DNA of 63,024 nt, counting the filler, from Stramenopiles sp. TOSAG23-3 (taxonomy: Eukaryota): assembly GCA_900128585.1 (NCBI GenBank). It is 15 parts of 15 records of this genome, joined end to end, with 100 filler letters (N's around TTAATTAATTAA, not from the genome) between each part and the next. Parts side by side here need not be neighbours in the genome. Positions count along the whole stretch, not along the records: positions 42,151 to 46,247 come from LT643951.1; positions 46,348 to 50,443 come from LT643952.1; positions 50,544 to 54,639 come from LT643953.1; positions 54,740 to 58,833 come from LT643954.1; 11 more parts are not named here. The stretch is one strand, 5' to 3'. Of the stretch, positions 43,669 through 55,530 are shown piece after piece. Under the pieces are notes generated by a model. The model was not told where the DNA came from and made no database searches. It was given only the letters and a program-made list of their open reading frames with translations. The stretch's first letter is position 1, and every line of letters starts with the position of its first letter. Position numbers and translations under genes: made by a program.

Positions 43669-45483
43669 TTAATCATCTTCTTCTTCACTGGATGAGCTAA
43701 AGTCTTCTGAATCGCTCCCCTTGTTCCTCATACGCTCCCTTCTTGCTTTCCTTTTGTTCCTCAAGTGTATCTCTCGCTTGTACACTGTGTTGTATTCCTC
43801 TCGGATCGCTGGTATCGTAGATAAGTCTTTCCCCATCTCTTCAAGCTTCATTTTTTTCACCCACTCTACCGCGGTTTCTAAATGGCTATTCTCCAATGTC
43901 ATGTCTGCACCCAATTCTACACACAAAAAGTGGATTATATCAAAGTGCCTCGCTTTCACGGCATGGTGTAGCGCTGTCTCGTGCTCAATGTCCTGAATGT
44001 TGGGGTCGGCCTCAGCGCCAAAAAATCGCGGATTTTCCCTTCGCTCAATCTGATTTTCATCGTCCTCGTCTGTGCTGGAAAGATCTTCCTCGGTCGCTTT
44101 TAACGCCCCTAGAATCCTGCATGACTTCAAGTCTCCTTTTAGTGCTGCCATAATCAATGCGCTTTGCCCTTTTTCACATACTTCGTTAACGTCTACGTTC
44201 AATTCGTTGATTAAATACTCAATCGCTTCGTAATTTCCTGATCGAACAGCATGGTGTAACGCAGTGCGACCCCCGTGGTCCCTTGCGCACACCATTGAGG
44301 TGTCTTCAAAGAGCAATGCCATGCATCCGTCGCGGCCGTTGTCTATTGCTTTCATAAGTGGGGTTTCCCCAGTGTAATTGTCGTGCATCTCTTGGTATGA
44401 AACGCTACCCATGGAAATCAATTTTTCTATAATTTCACCGTACCCTTTCGCAGCAGCGATATGCAGAGATGAGTACCCCGCCGCAAACGTTTTTATATCT
44501 CTGGAAACGCCACAGTCAATCAAATACTGGACAACATCGGTGTGCCGCTTATCCACCGCATGTATCAGTGATGTAAAACCATTTGCATCCTGGACGTCGA
44601 TGTCAGCCTCGTGTTCTTCTGCCATTAACTTCAAGCACTCCAAGTGCCCATTGATTGCACTTTGTACGAATGCGGGGTAACCACTGCTCATTCTATTGGG
44701 ATCTCCTCCCCGTTCTAATATGGCCCTCAAAATTTTTAAATGCCCCTTCTCCGCTGCAATCCCCAGCGCCTCGTTCAGTAACTCTTTCCAATGGTCGTCC
44801 GTTACAGCATCTAGTTTTGGGAACAGCTCCATTAATATGTCGTAGTCATTGTAAGTTGATGCTTCCACAAAGCCTCGGTACGATGTATAAATGTCGGACT
44901 TAATTGCTCCATTTAAACGCTCTTCCCGTGCCTTGGAGCTACCGTAGACGTTCAAGTTCCTGTACGCTAGGCCGTGCTTGACTGACGCTTGATTCTCCCC
45001 GTTGTTTGATGCGTTCAGATCTGGACCCTCTGGCGTCGTGTAAGGGTTACGGCTCATTTTCTCCGCCGCAGACATCCGCCTTGTTTTGACTGCTTTCAAT
45101 CGCTCTTTCTCCAGCTCCTGCCGTTCTAGTTCCTCTCTCAGCATCCGCTCTTCCCTGCGCTTGTCGCGCGCGCCAGGGTACAACCGTTCCTGCTCCACGG
45201 CTGCTTTTTTCAATTCCTTAATTTTAGCGATTTTCCCCAATTGGTAATACCAATCGGGCCTATTGTTCAGCTTTTCAAGCCTCTCGTTGCACTGGGACTC
45301 GTTTATCTGCCCTACAGACGCGCTGATGCGCTCCTTTTCATTCCGTACAAACTCATCATGCTCTTCTTTTCGTCTAGTTGCAGTTCGTCCATCCTGTTCT
45401 CTCCTAAATTTTTTCAGGTCTGTAATGGGCATAAACCTTCCTTCATCTTTGACTATTTCGCCTACCTTCTTCGCAGAGGCCAT
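43669..45483 (-). CDS. Ankyrin repeat protein with N-terminal coiled coil
   Basis: About 9 ankyrin repeats (GFTSLIHA, GETPLMKA, GRTALHHA, ETALHHA). ATG at 45483 is the likely start. Confidence 0.88.
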   Translation of the reverse strand: MASAKKVGEIVKDEGRFMPITDLKKFRREQDGRTATRRKEEHDEFVRNEKERISASVGQINESQCNERLEKLNNRPDWYYQLGKIAKIKELKKAAVEQERLYPGARDKRREERMLREELERQELEKERLKAVKTRRMSAAEKMSRNPYTTPEGPDLNASNNGENQASVKHGLAYRNLNVYGSSKAREERLNGAIKSDIYTSYRGFVEASTYNDYDILMELFPKLDAVTDDHWKELLNEALGIAAEKGHLKILRAILERGGDPNRMSSGYPAFVQSAINGHLECLKLMAEEHEADIDVQDANGFTSLIHAVDKRHTDVVQYLIDCGVSRDIKTFAAGYSSLHIAAAKGYGEIIEKLISMGSVSYQEMHDNYTGETPLMKAIDNGRDGCMALLFEDTSMVCARDHGGRTALHHAVRSGNYEAIEYLINELNVDVNEVCEKGQSALIMAALKGDLKSCRILGALKATEEDLSSTDEDDENQIERRENPRFFGAEADPNIQDIEHETALHHAVKARHFDIIHFLCVELGADMTLENSHLETAVEWVKKMKLEEMGKDLSTIPAIREEYNTVYKREIHLRNKRKARRERMRNKGSDSEDFSSSSEEEDD

Positions 45484-46770
45484 GGTTGCGCAAATGCCGG
45501 ACGTACATCCAAGTTGTGGTTGAATGGCATATGAAAACAACGTTTTGCTCGCTCGCTGAAGGGAGTGTTTTCTTTTCAAAAAACTTCCAATTATATAGTA
45601 TAAACCACCAATCAATTCCTTGCAGTTGCTTTTGGCAACTAACTGTTATTTTTTTTATTAATTCTTCTTCCTCCGGGACCGAAGTAATGTAATGTACAAT
45701 ACCGTTCGTTATGTATTGTAATACTATATAATAGGACTATCCACAATTGGGTTTTTCTGTTCTTCTCTCTCTTATTACGTCGTTCGAAATTAAAAATATA
45801 ACGTCTATATAATTATGCTATATAAGTAAAAGTCTAACTATTAAAATGTATTATACTTAAATATAATATTGGTTTTTAATGTTATTATTATTTATTATAA
45901 TTAATAATAAATAATTAATAATAATTAATATGAAATTACCGAGTGGTGGTAGATATAGTAGTACCATGGTATAGAAGTCATTTTAAATAATATCCAAAAA
46001 AAAAGAAAGAAGAGAGGAGGGAGGAGGAAGGAGGAGATGAGAAGAAGAAAAGATAATAAACGACGATAGTATTATATTATTACATTATTGTATTGTTGTA
46101 GAAGAAGAAGAAGAAGAAGAAAAAAATCGAACTACTACTAACGAAAAAAAATAATAATAATAATAATAATAAAAATTAAAAAAACACAAAAAAATTGAAT
46201 GAAGAACTAAAAATATTCTTCCCTATATTATATATCGACACTGAATTNNNNNNNNNNNNNNNNNNNNNNNNNNNNNNNNNNNNNNNNNNNNTTAATTAAT
46301 TAANNNNNNNNNNNNNNNNNNNNNNNNNNNNNNNNNNNNNNNNNNNNGTGATGTTCTTTCTTCTTTTATTTCTTCTTTTCTTCTCTTTAAATTGATTGCT
46401 TTTTTCCCTTGTTGTTCAGTATTAGTATATTAATTGATACTTCTATATTCTTCTTCTTTTTTTATTTATTGATTCATTTTTTTTAATTCATACTGGTACC
46501 ACCACCCACCACCACCGAAGAAGAACAACAAAATAAAAATAAACAGCTGAAGGGAATGGTACGTACATTGAATTGAATTGAATTATACAATTGACCAACG
46601 TTAAAAATAACAACAACAACCGAAGTCTTTATAGTCTGTCTAGTTTCACGTTTTCACCTTTTTAGTTGGTAAAAATGAAATAGCACATAATTTATCATTG
46701 AATAAATTCTTTTGGCTATATTTGTACGAAAAGTTGTTCGTTTTCAACTTCCCGCTGATCTGTTTTTGGT

Positions 46771-49700
46771 ATGGCCGGCCAACGCATCACAAGTAAGTTT
46801 AAGCTAGCAAAAATCGGCCTGAAGCTGAGGCAATCTGGTGACCATGTAATGGTACACTCCATCGACGACTTCTCCTCGTTTACGCCTACGCACCAGAGGG
46901 CGCTCGAGGACCTGCGCGTTGGAGATATACTCGTTTCGGCTAGAGCGTGCGGGCATGTATATAGACCGAGATTGCTGAAAGAAGCTGTTGAAGCGATATC
47001 TAACCAAAGAAATAGACCGATTTTCTTGGAATTTTTTCGGCCATCTACACGTAGGACAACGATTCGGCTTGGGAAAATAACAAAAAAGCAGAGCATGAAG
47101 AAGAAGGCTTCCAAACAGAACGGGTCGGGCTCGTCTGGAAAGAAGAAGGCTTCCAAACAGAACGGCGGGGCGGGCTCGTCTGGAAAGACGAATTCTTCAC
47201 AACAGAACGGGGTGGGCGCAAGTGCGAAACGAAAACGGGATGATCCAGCGTTCCCGTCTATTTTATTCTCTACTGGCGGATCCGTCAGTGTTTCTGACCA
47301 CTGGCGGTCAAAGTCATATGGTTCAAAATGTGCAAAATCAAGAGGAAGTGAATGGATTTGCAGGTATGCGGGATCGTGTGAGTTCTCGTTCAGCGCAGAG
47401 GACTACAAGAAAAACAAAAAATGCCTCTATCCTAAACGCGAGAAAACATTTCGTAGCAAGGCGGGATGGGACTCCTTTGGCGAACCTATAGAAGGCAGAG
47501 GGAGCCAGCCCACTGTCCACTTTGTTTATGAAGCCCTCTTATCCGGTAAAATTAATTGCGAGGACGATGTAGACGCAAATGTGCTCTGGGCAATGGTCAA
47601 TTTGATCACTCCCGATCCAAATGTGTTTGATGCCCCTCTGATTCGGGTAGTTGTTCATCCGCCGAAACTGTCACGGGCAGCCACGAAGCGGCGTAGGGGC
47701 TGGATGCAGAAAGGAACCCCACAGAAAGAAACGGGTACACAGAACATCGAAGCCTTCAGCCTGAAATTTGACGTATATTTTACCCGCATGATCTTCTACT
47801 TGATCGCATTTGAGCCCGTGAAGATTATTATGATGGCGTTGCGTAATGGCCCGAGTGCTCCAAGTCCTATCTTGGAGTTGGACGATTACCCCCAAACCTT
47901 CACCAGTAGCCGCCAACGTGACGAAGTGAAGAAAACTTCCTTCACTCTCGGCGCTCTTTTGCGAAACCAAGAGCACGAAGGGTACCGTTCAATTTCCCAG
48001 CCAGATGCCATTGAGCTAAAGCTAAAAGAATATCAAAAGCAGACTGTGGCATGGATGCACGACAGAGAATTTTCCTCGGGGGGGCTAAACAACTACTACT
48101 GGGAGGAACGAAAATGGCTAGATAGCGTTGGCGAAGACGATGCCTTCTACTACATGCCAAGTGCCGGGGAGCTTCGCTTGGAGAGACCACCTATGGTACG
48201 AGGGGGGCTGCTGTGCGAAGAAATGGGCTTGGGTAAATCGTTGGAAGTTGTGTGTACAATCATGCTGGACAAACAAAAATGCCAAAATGAAAATATAATC
48301 GTAGCGGACGGTTGGGTTGAGAACTTGTACCGCTGCAACACTACACTGATTGTGGCACCGCTCACTCTCATTTCCCAGTGGGAACAAGAAATTCGGAAAA
48401 GCTTGAAGAATCCAGACGGTTTGCGAATACATGTCCACGAAGAAAAAATACACGGAAGGTGTAAACTTCACCGAGATGGTCCCAGAGAGTGTCCGCCTGG
48501 AATGTGTTTGCTGGGAGCGAGTGGACACAAATTTCAACGGTTGGAAAAGCTAGCAAATTGTGCTGACATTGTTTTGACGTCTTACAAAATGCTCCAAACT
48601 GATCGAACTTCGTTGGCCAAAATACACTGGCGTCGCATCATACTGGACGAAATGCAGGAAATTCGTAGCAGTACAACTGTTCTTGCTGTTGCTTGCAAAA
48701 AACTTTCGTCGGACTTTCGGTGGATGGTAAGTGGTACGCCACTATACACCTCACTGGATGATTTAAACGGGGAACTTAACTTTTTGGGGGTTACTCCGTT
48801 TTGTTTAAACGACGCCACAGATGGATTCTGGGGACAAAGAATCCGTCGCCCCTGGGATAACCAGGACCCCGACTCTCTTAAACTCCTTCACACTTTACTT
48901 GATGGTATCATGATGAGGCATTCAAAGAGTCAAAACACTCTTGATGGAGAATCAATTCTGGCCCTGCCATCTTCGTCCTCTGAGTACGTAGGAATCGACT
49001 TCATTGGTGAAGAATCTTTGGAAGAACGAGGCGAGATGATGTCAAGAGAAGGTAAAGCCAACTTGTTCATAACCAAAGCATTGGAACTGCTTGCAAATAA
49101 TTTCGTCTCCGAATACTTCGTCGGCGACGCCTTTTTGGAGTTGTCGGCGTCTGCCTCTGCTGATCGGATGCAGAGGCACACACGGACAATACTCCGCTTA
49201 ATGCGCTTGGCCTGCACCAGCGTGTCTTTGTTGAATGGAGGTGCCGGTTGTACTCAGCTCCTGAACATCGTTGATCGTATTCTTCGCGCCCAACTTGGAG
49301 AGGAGACGATTATTGGTGCAGACGATGGATATGGCCATGGATTTCAAGACACTATCGTCAATACGGTTGAAGACATCCCGGTTGTTTCTCCTCAGGATGC
49401 ACTGAATATTTTAATGCGGTCAAGAGCAATCACGCAGTCCCGTGCTGACGTCCAGGCTGGCATGATAAGAGACGGAAACACGCACCAGGGGCAGTATGAT
49501 ACGCGACGAGTGTACGCGATGAAAAGTATTCTTGAAAAAGCCTGTGAATCCATCGTGCAAAATATTCACTTTGGCCGCATCTTAAAGCAAAAAAAATTTG
49601 TGGTTCGTCTGCGGTGGCAAAATGCTTTTGAACGAATTACTAATGGGTATTACTTTGCACGCAACCACATCTCTCCAAAGTCAAAAAATATTCGTGCGCG

Positions 49701-50443
49701 AATGGAACCCTGGTCAAAGCAGGTAGACGTATATGATCGGTTGAAGGAAAAGTGCGAATATATGGAATCAAAATTTGGTGCAATGGACGCGGATGGTTTG
49801 AAGTATGTCTATGGCAAAGCCAAGGGAGCAAGTGACCTTGACGTCGACAATATGGACCGGAAACAATTGATAAGCAAGCTGATGGAGCCACTCAATCGAG
49901 ATGTAAACGAAGCGGAAAAGGCAATAGAAAAACTGTCACTTCCCGGCTGGCGGCACAAAGTAGGCGATAGACTGTGGCGCGGTGTTTTCATAGCAAACGA
50001 TTTTGCAGAGAGTCGAAAGGACCGTGATGAGTCTATAATAAAAGCTCTTTTCAAAGCCCTGAACCAGGCCGTCGAGGACAACAGGCCGTTGAGAATAATA
50101 ACTGAAAAACAAAGTCAGCTGACGCAATTGCTCGTCACTTACAGTGATAACCTGAAGAAAGCTCATTTTGATTCGACTGTGCCGGAAGTACAAAAGGTTG
50201 GTGCCGCTGCTTGGTTCTGGTCAAGATTGACACGCGCAAAGAGGGATGCCCATAAGATGAACAATCTGTACCATCACAATCGACTGAATATTGCGAGAAT
50301 GTCTCAGTCAATTTCAGAAGCTGCAGAAAAGGCGTCGCAAATGAAACCGTATATCTCAAAAATGTTGTGGGCCATCGGCGCTGGCCATGGAACATCAAGT
50401 TCAGATTCTGTAGAACAGAATGGGTTTTCGAATCTCCAGAAAA
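46771..50443 (+). CDS. SNF2-family ATPase, RAD5/SHPRH-like, 3'-truncated
   Basis: LKEYQKQTVAWM, RGGLLCEEMGLGKS, TLIVAPLTLISQWEQEI, WRRIILDEMQ, RWMVSGTP, MMRHSK; the C-terminal helicase lobe is missing at the contig end. Confidence 0.9.
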
Positions 50444-50545
50444 NNNNNNNNNNNNNNNNNNNNNNNNNNNNNNNNNNNNNNNNNNNNTTAATTAATTAAN
50501 NNNNNNNNNNNNNNNNNNNNNNNNNNNNNNNNNNNNNNNNNNNGG

Positions 50546-50790
50546 ATAAAAATAAAGAAACTGCGAAACGATGCCGACCGTCAAATCAAGAAACTCAGGA
50601 GCGATGTCGGCAATAGTATCAAAAAGACTAGGAGTGACGTCGGCAAGGAGGTTCAGAGGGTTAGGGCGGACGTCGGCAATAGTATCAAAAAGACTAGGAA
50701 TGACGTCGGCAAGGCGGTTCAGAGGGTAAGGAATGACGTCGGCAAGGAGGTTAAAAGGGTTAGGGCGGACGCGAGTAATGCAATCAAGAA
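50546..50790 (+). repeat. 33-bp coding tandem repeat (hendecad)
   Basis: SDVGNSIKKTR/SDVGKEVQRVR/ADVGNSIKKTR/NDVGKAVQRVR/NDVGKEVKRVR; GACGTCGGCAA recurs every 33 nt. Confidence 0.9.
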
Positions 50791-52515
50791 GGCTAGTCAG
50801 AAGACCAGGAGGGACACCACCGTTGCTATTAATAAAGTAGGGAAACAGATTGCATCTAAAGTCAAGGTTGCAACCAAAAAGATCGTGCAGGACACGGACG
50901 ATAAAATTACGGACGTCAAGACAGCCATGGACGGGAAAATCGTTAACACTAGGAAGTACGTGGACAGGAAACACGAGGTCATAAAAGCGCGTGTAAACCA
51001 GGCACATCAACTAGCCGTCAAAGCCCATGAACGGACGAAGGCTGTAGTCGACGAACTCGACGATGCCAAGCTGCTGGCCAACGGCCAAATCGCCAAACTG
51101 CAACGGCCGTGGGCAAGTCTGGACACTCGCCATGCGTACGAGAAGCGAAACCTCGACAAGCAGAAACATGCGGGGGAAAGCAGTTGCGCCAGAGATAGGA
51201 GGCGTGGCATCGTTGTATTCCCAGCCGTGGTGCTGGACGAAGAAAAAGACGACAAATCTTGCATCAACAAAAACAGGGACAAACTGGTGCAAGCCTTCTG
51301 CAACTTTCGCGACAGCTTCGATTCCGTTTTAACGGGCCGAGGGTTGAAGAGTGGAAAACACTACTGGCCGAACATTTGTTGCAAAGAAGAATCCGATGCG
51401 GGGAAAGACTCCTGCATCGATCCAAGTGGCAAAATTAAACGCGAGGAGATCGTCCCGTTTGCACTCGCACAGGGCGGTAAGGTCACCTTTGACAATTTGT
51501 ACGGCGAAGTCGAGGATGTGTTGAAAAAAGGCGGGCACCTTCAAATGGGCATGAACAAAGTACTGCACGATCTGGGCCGCGCGAGTGGGACCGTGGACAG
51601 CGGGCGTCTTGGTACATTTAAAGCCCGCCTCGAAAATTTATTCGACGACGTCTCCCTTTGTGGGCCAAAGACGTTTTCGTCCCCAGAACATGGAGAACAG
51701 ACCATGTGCGAACTGCTGTATCCGTACGGCCATTTGTTGGATATATTTCATACCTCGTTTGAACAATTGTTTTCAACGGAAGATATCAAAGAACAGATCC
51801 GGAGAAAAGGATTGGTACCTCAAGCATTCATCGAGTTGATGGGGAAACGACAAACGAATCAGATGCTGAGGCAGGCACCATTGGGGGCTGCGATGAAAGC
51901 AAAACAGGGGATGAACCCAAACCAACAAGGGACCTGCCCGTCCGGTGCAACACGAAAGACGACGGGGGAACTGGAGAGATGGAAAACGGAGTACTGTTTG
52001 GGGTATCACCACTTGGACTTGGCGGAGGAAACGACGAAAAACGTAGCAATGGTGTACAGGTTATGAGAGAATTGCCTGACCTTCTTAGATTTAAAACAAC
52101 AGACCAATGTACGTCGCCAATGTTCCAACCCGAGGACATCTCTGTACAAAAAATTAAAACCAACCCAGGAAGCCAAAAAGTGGACAAAGAGTGGGTTGGT
52201 TTGGTGGCACTGGACAGTGTTTCCCCAGGTGGTTATTTGCGGAGAGAGATTCCGCAATGCATGGCGCTGCCGTATTTACCGCGAACCAAAATCAACGTGA
52301 AAGTCTACGTGGACTTGGGCAATTGCTGCAAGGAAACAAAAGATGCAAAGACGTGTGAGAAATGCGTAAAACCGTTCAAGCATTTCGGTACGAAACTGCA
52401 GTTGGAGTACAAGGTTGAGGTGAAAGGGACAACGTATGGTGATTTGGACCGTCGGCACAACCCCCAGTCGAACAGGAGGAGGAGATTGTTGCAAGGCAGA
52501 GATGGTGGGTGTTGA
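50546..52515 (+). CDS. 5'-truncated protein with 11-residue repeats and a Cys-rich C-terminus; one apparent frameshift near 52060
   Basis: The frame is open from the contig edge (50546) to TGA 52066; the overlapping ORF 51979-52515 in the -1 frame continues to ..NRRRRLLQGRDGGC*. Confidence 0.6.
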
Positions 52516-52644
52516 CAAAACTTTATTTGGTGTAGAACTCTTAAAGCTTTGCCTTTTGTACAAAACAGATTACACACTCTTAAGTTTTAATATTTCGTAA
52601 TTCGTATTTTAGCGCTTGACACTTATATGCGTTTTCTCCTGTTG

Positions 52645-54487
52645 TTAATTCATGCAATCCCCACCATCGAACTGGCAGATTTTAGTGTTGCAGGTTTCGT
52701 CACATATACCATCATTTAGTACGTCCCTGCTCCAGCAGTACTTAGAACACAACGGTTCACAGTCCAACGATTTGTCTCTTTTACAGACATCATTTCCTGC
52801 AAACATCAACACCTTTAATGCATTATCAACAAAAGTGATATTATTGCCTCGAGCATCCAAATATTTTAAACTGTTGAAGTTCGATAAATATTGTGGGAGT
52901 GTCTTCAAGTTACACCGGGCAACGCCCAACTTGACCAGGCTCGCCCCAAGAGATTCGTCTGGAAATTCAATTAGGTTATTCCCATTTACGTACAAAAACA
53001 CAAGGCTTGGAAATTGCTTTTTGCTTAACGGAACTTCGATGTCAATATTATTTTCTCCGATGTGTAGGTAATTCAACGATGGCAAATAGGACGCAAAAAA
53101 CGGAATTTGCCTGATTTTGTTGCCCAACAAGAAGATTGCGGCCACATTCGAATGCGTCCACAATGCATTTTCGTTGTACTGCGTTATATTATTATACTGC
53201 AAATATAACTTGTTCAATTTCTCCCACTTCCCCACGTCCACGTGAAACGATTGTAACTGGCTGAAAGAAACCTCAAAATCCACCATCTCCGTCAACTGTT
53301 CCATCCTTGGCGGCAACGCAGTCAAATTACAATTGCGCACAAATACCTTTCGCAACCCGGTCATCGTGTCTACCAGTGAACTCGGCAANNNNNNNNNNNN
53401 NNNNNNNNNNNGTAAACAAACTCTTGCAGAACGGTATCTTGTTCACGCACCCTTTCTCCCACGTTATCGTGTCACAACCAGACGGGCGCATTGCCAGGTG
53501 GGCCACTGCCACACTTAAAAGGAAGAGGCCGTAAACGAGCGAATAAATAGAAAACGCAGTGGTAACCCGCCGTGGCATCTGCATCTCCTGTTTTTTACTC
53601 AACCTCGCACTTTGTGAATTTGTACGGGTAATACGCTTTTGATTTTCGGCATCTTTTGTGAATATTATGGACCCTTTGCGAACGAAATCGTAGTCTACCC
53701 TTACCCGAATAATTTCCCTCAGTATTGATCGCAATTTGCTGATTATGAAAAAAGATGGCAAGACCGTTATTTGCAGCATTTCAGAAATCGATATTGGAAT
53801 GCTGTACACAAACCACAACACAAGTAGAGGAACCGCGACACAGAGAAAGTCCACCGCAATGTCTATTTTGATTTGACGGTTTCGCCGTTCAACGGAATAC
53901 GGTTGGTTCATCTGATAAGCTCGATAAACCGAATCAAAGGCGAGGAGAAAACATATACTGATTGTCATCTCTACTGGCAGTGTACATAAATAAACCGTGT
54001 TGAGGTTCATCAGTTGGTTTACACTCTCCAGGAATTCAAAGAAGTACAGTTTCCATAAATAGAGAGTACCATTGATTCGAAAGTCTGTACGTAAACGCAT
54101 AATGACTTTGGCAATGGATGCCCCTCCTTTTTTCACCTTTATGAGATTGTTCCTGCTTTTTAGTCTTGCAAAGAGGTTTTTCACGAGTTGCTTCCACGAA
54201 AATATGTACAGCACTGCCAAGAAACTGTACAACACTGCAAACAGCAGGAACAACCAGACCCATTCTCGGTGCCACGCTCGAAACGACTTGGTATATAAAA
54301 ATGTGATGTACACAAACAACCCAGCAACTGCAAGCAAAAAAAACATGACAAATGCACCGTCGAACCCGACATGAGTGCAAAAACTCATTTCCACATTCCT
54401 GCCCTGTTTCTTTTTCGTTGGTGGCCATTTGGTCACAGCAGTCAGTTCGATATCCTTTGGGGTGGCAAGGGCGTCAGGAGTCTCCAT
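52645..54487 (-). CDS. Multi-TM membrane protein with extracellular LRRs and a C-terminal LNR (Lin-12/Notch) repeat; spans a sequence gap
   Basis: About 7 hydrophobic helices (54487-53500), LRR units LxxLxLxxNxI (53388-52800), then CWSRDVLNDGICDETCNTKICQFDGGDC. The two ORF-track pieces are separated only by the N gap 53389-53411. Confidence 0.75.
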
Positions 54488-54983
54488 AATAAATTACGTT
54501 CCCCCCGGCTTTCTTTCCGTGCAGACGTATATACCAGTTTCCAGTTTCGGTTTGTTTACAATACTTGAAGTGCGACCAAATCTAAAGCAAACCTTTGTCC
54601 AAATAAATCTGCGTCCTCGTCTTTCCATCGCAACCTTTTNNNNNNNNNNNNNNNNNNNNNNNNNNNNNNNNNNNNNNNNNNNNTTAATTAATTAANNNNN
54701 NNNNNNNNNNNNNNNNNNNNNNNNNNNNNNNNNNNNNNNTTTTCCCCCTTCGTGTTCACGTACGACTACTAATAAATCACTAAAAGGAGCAACTTCTGGT
54801 GTGATTGATTAAAATAATTATTATTATTATAAAATTAAATTAAAATTTCTTCTTTCTTCTGTGTAGCTACAGTATTAATAGTTAAAATTATTAGTCTATA
54901 TTATTATTACTTTTTTAAGTATTATATTGAAACCAAGACCACCACGAGATATATGATTGAATGAGGATGATGACGATGAGATT

Positions 54984-55007
54984 TACGAGGCGTACGTACG
55001 CCTCGTA
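54984..55007. promoter_or_regulatory. Perfect 24-bp palindrome TACGAGGCGTACGTACGCCTCGTA upstream of MTHFR
   Basis: The palindrome is directly visible; a regulatory role is only inferred. Confidence 0.3.
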
Positions 55008-55530
55008 CGTAGCTGGTCTAAAAACAGGATGCCATTTGTGTATTTTAAATTATATTATAATTTAGACTGTATATTATTATTATGTATTTAAATTTCTTCT
55101 GGTAGTAAGTAGGTCGGTGGGTATTTTATAGAATACGAGGAGTACGCGTAGGGAAGATGAAAAATGACCATTCATTCTTCTTTTTCTTCTTCTCTTCTTA
55201 ATCGCTATTATACTTCTTTATTTTTTATTTTTTTGTCTTCTAATTATTTTTTCTAATTATTATTAGTTCTGTGGTGGTGATGATACTACCGGTATTATAG
55301 TATAATTACTATTACTACCGGTATTTTATTAGTTGTTAGAAGTAAGAAACTTCGAATTCGTCGAAGTTAACGTATACAAAGTCAAATGAAGAAAAAAGAA
55401 ATGAAGTTGGATTGTTAAACGAAGTATGGATTTTTATACAATCAAAAAATATTTTTAAGTTTTACTGACTCGCTTTCGTCATAAATAAAACAAGTCTACG
55501 TAGCCAATAATTGAACCTCAAAGTATAATA

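Noticed and set aside
50546-50790. Regularly spaced repeats resembling a CRISPR array
   Set aside because: The period is 33 nt in frame with codon-level variation and the 'spacers' are themselves repeated; it is a protein repeat, and no cas genes are present.
52064-52066. TGA as selenocysteine or readthrough codon
   Set aside because: The plausible continuation is in another frame, and no SECIS-like element was recognised.
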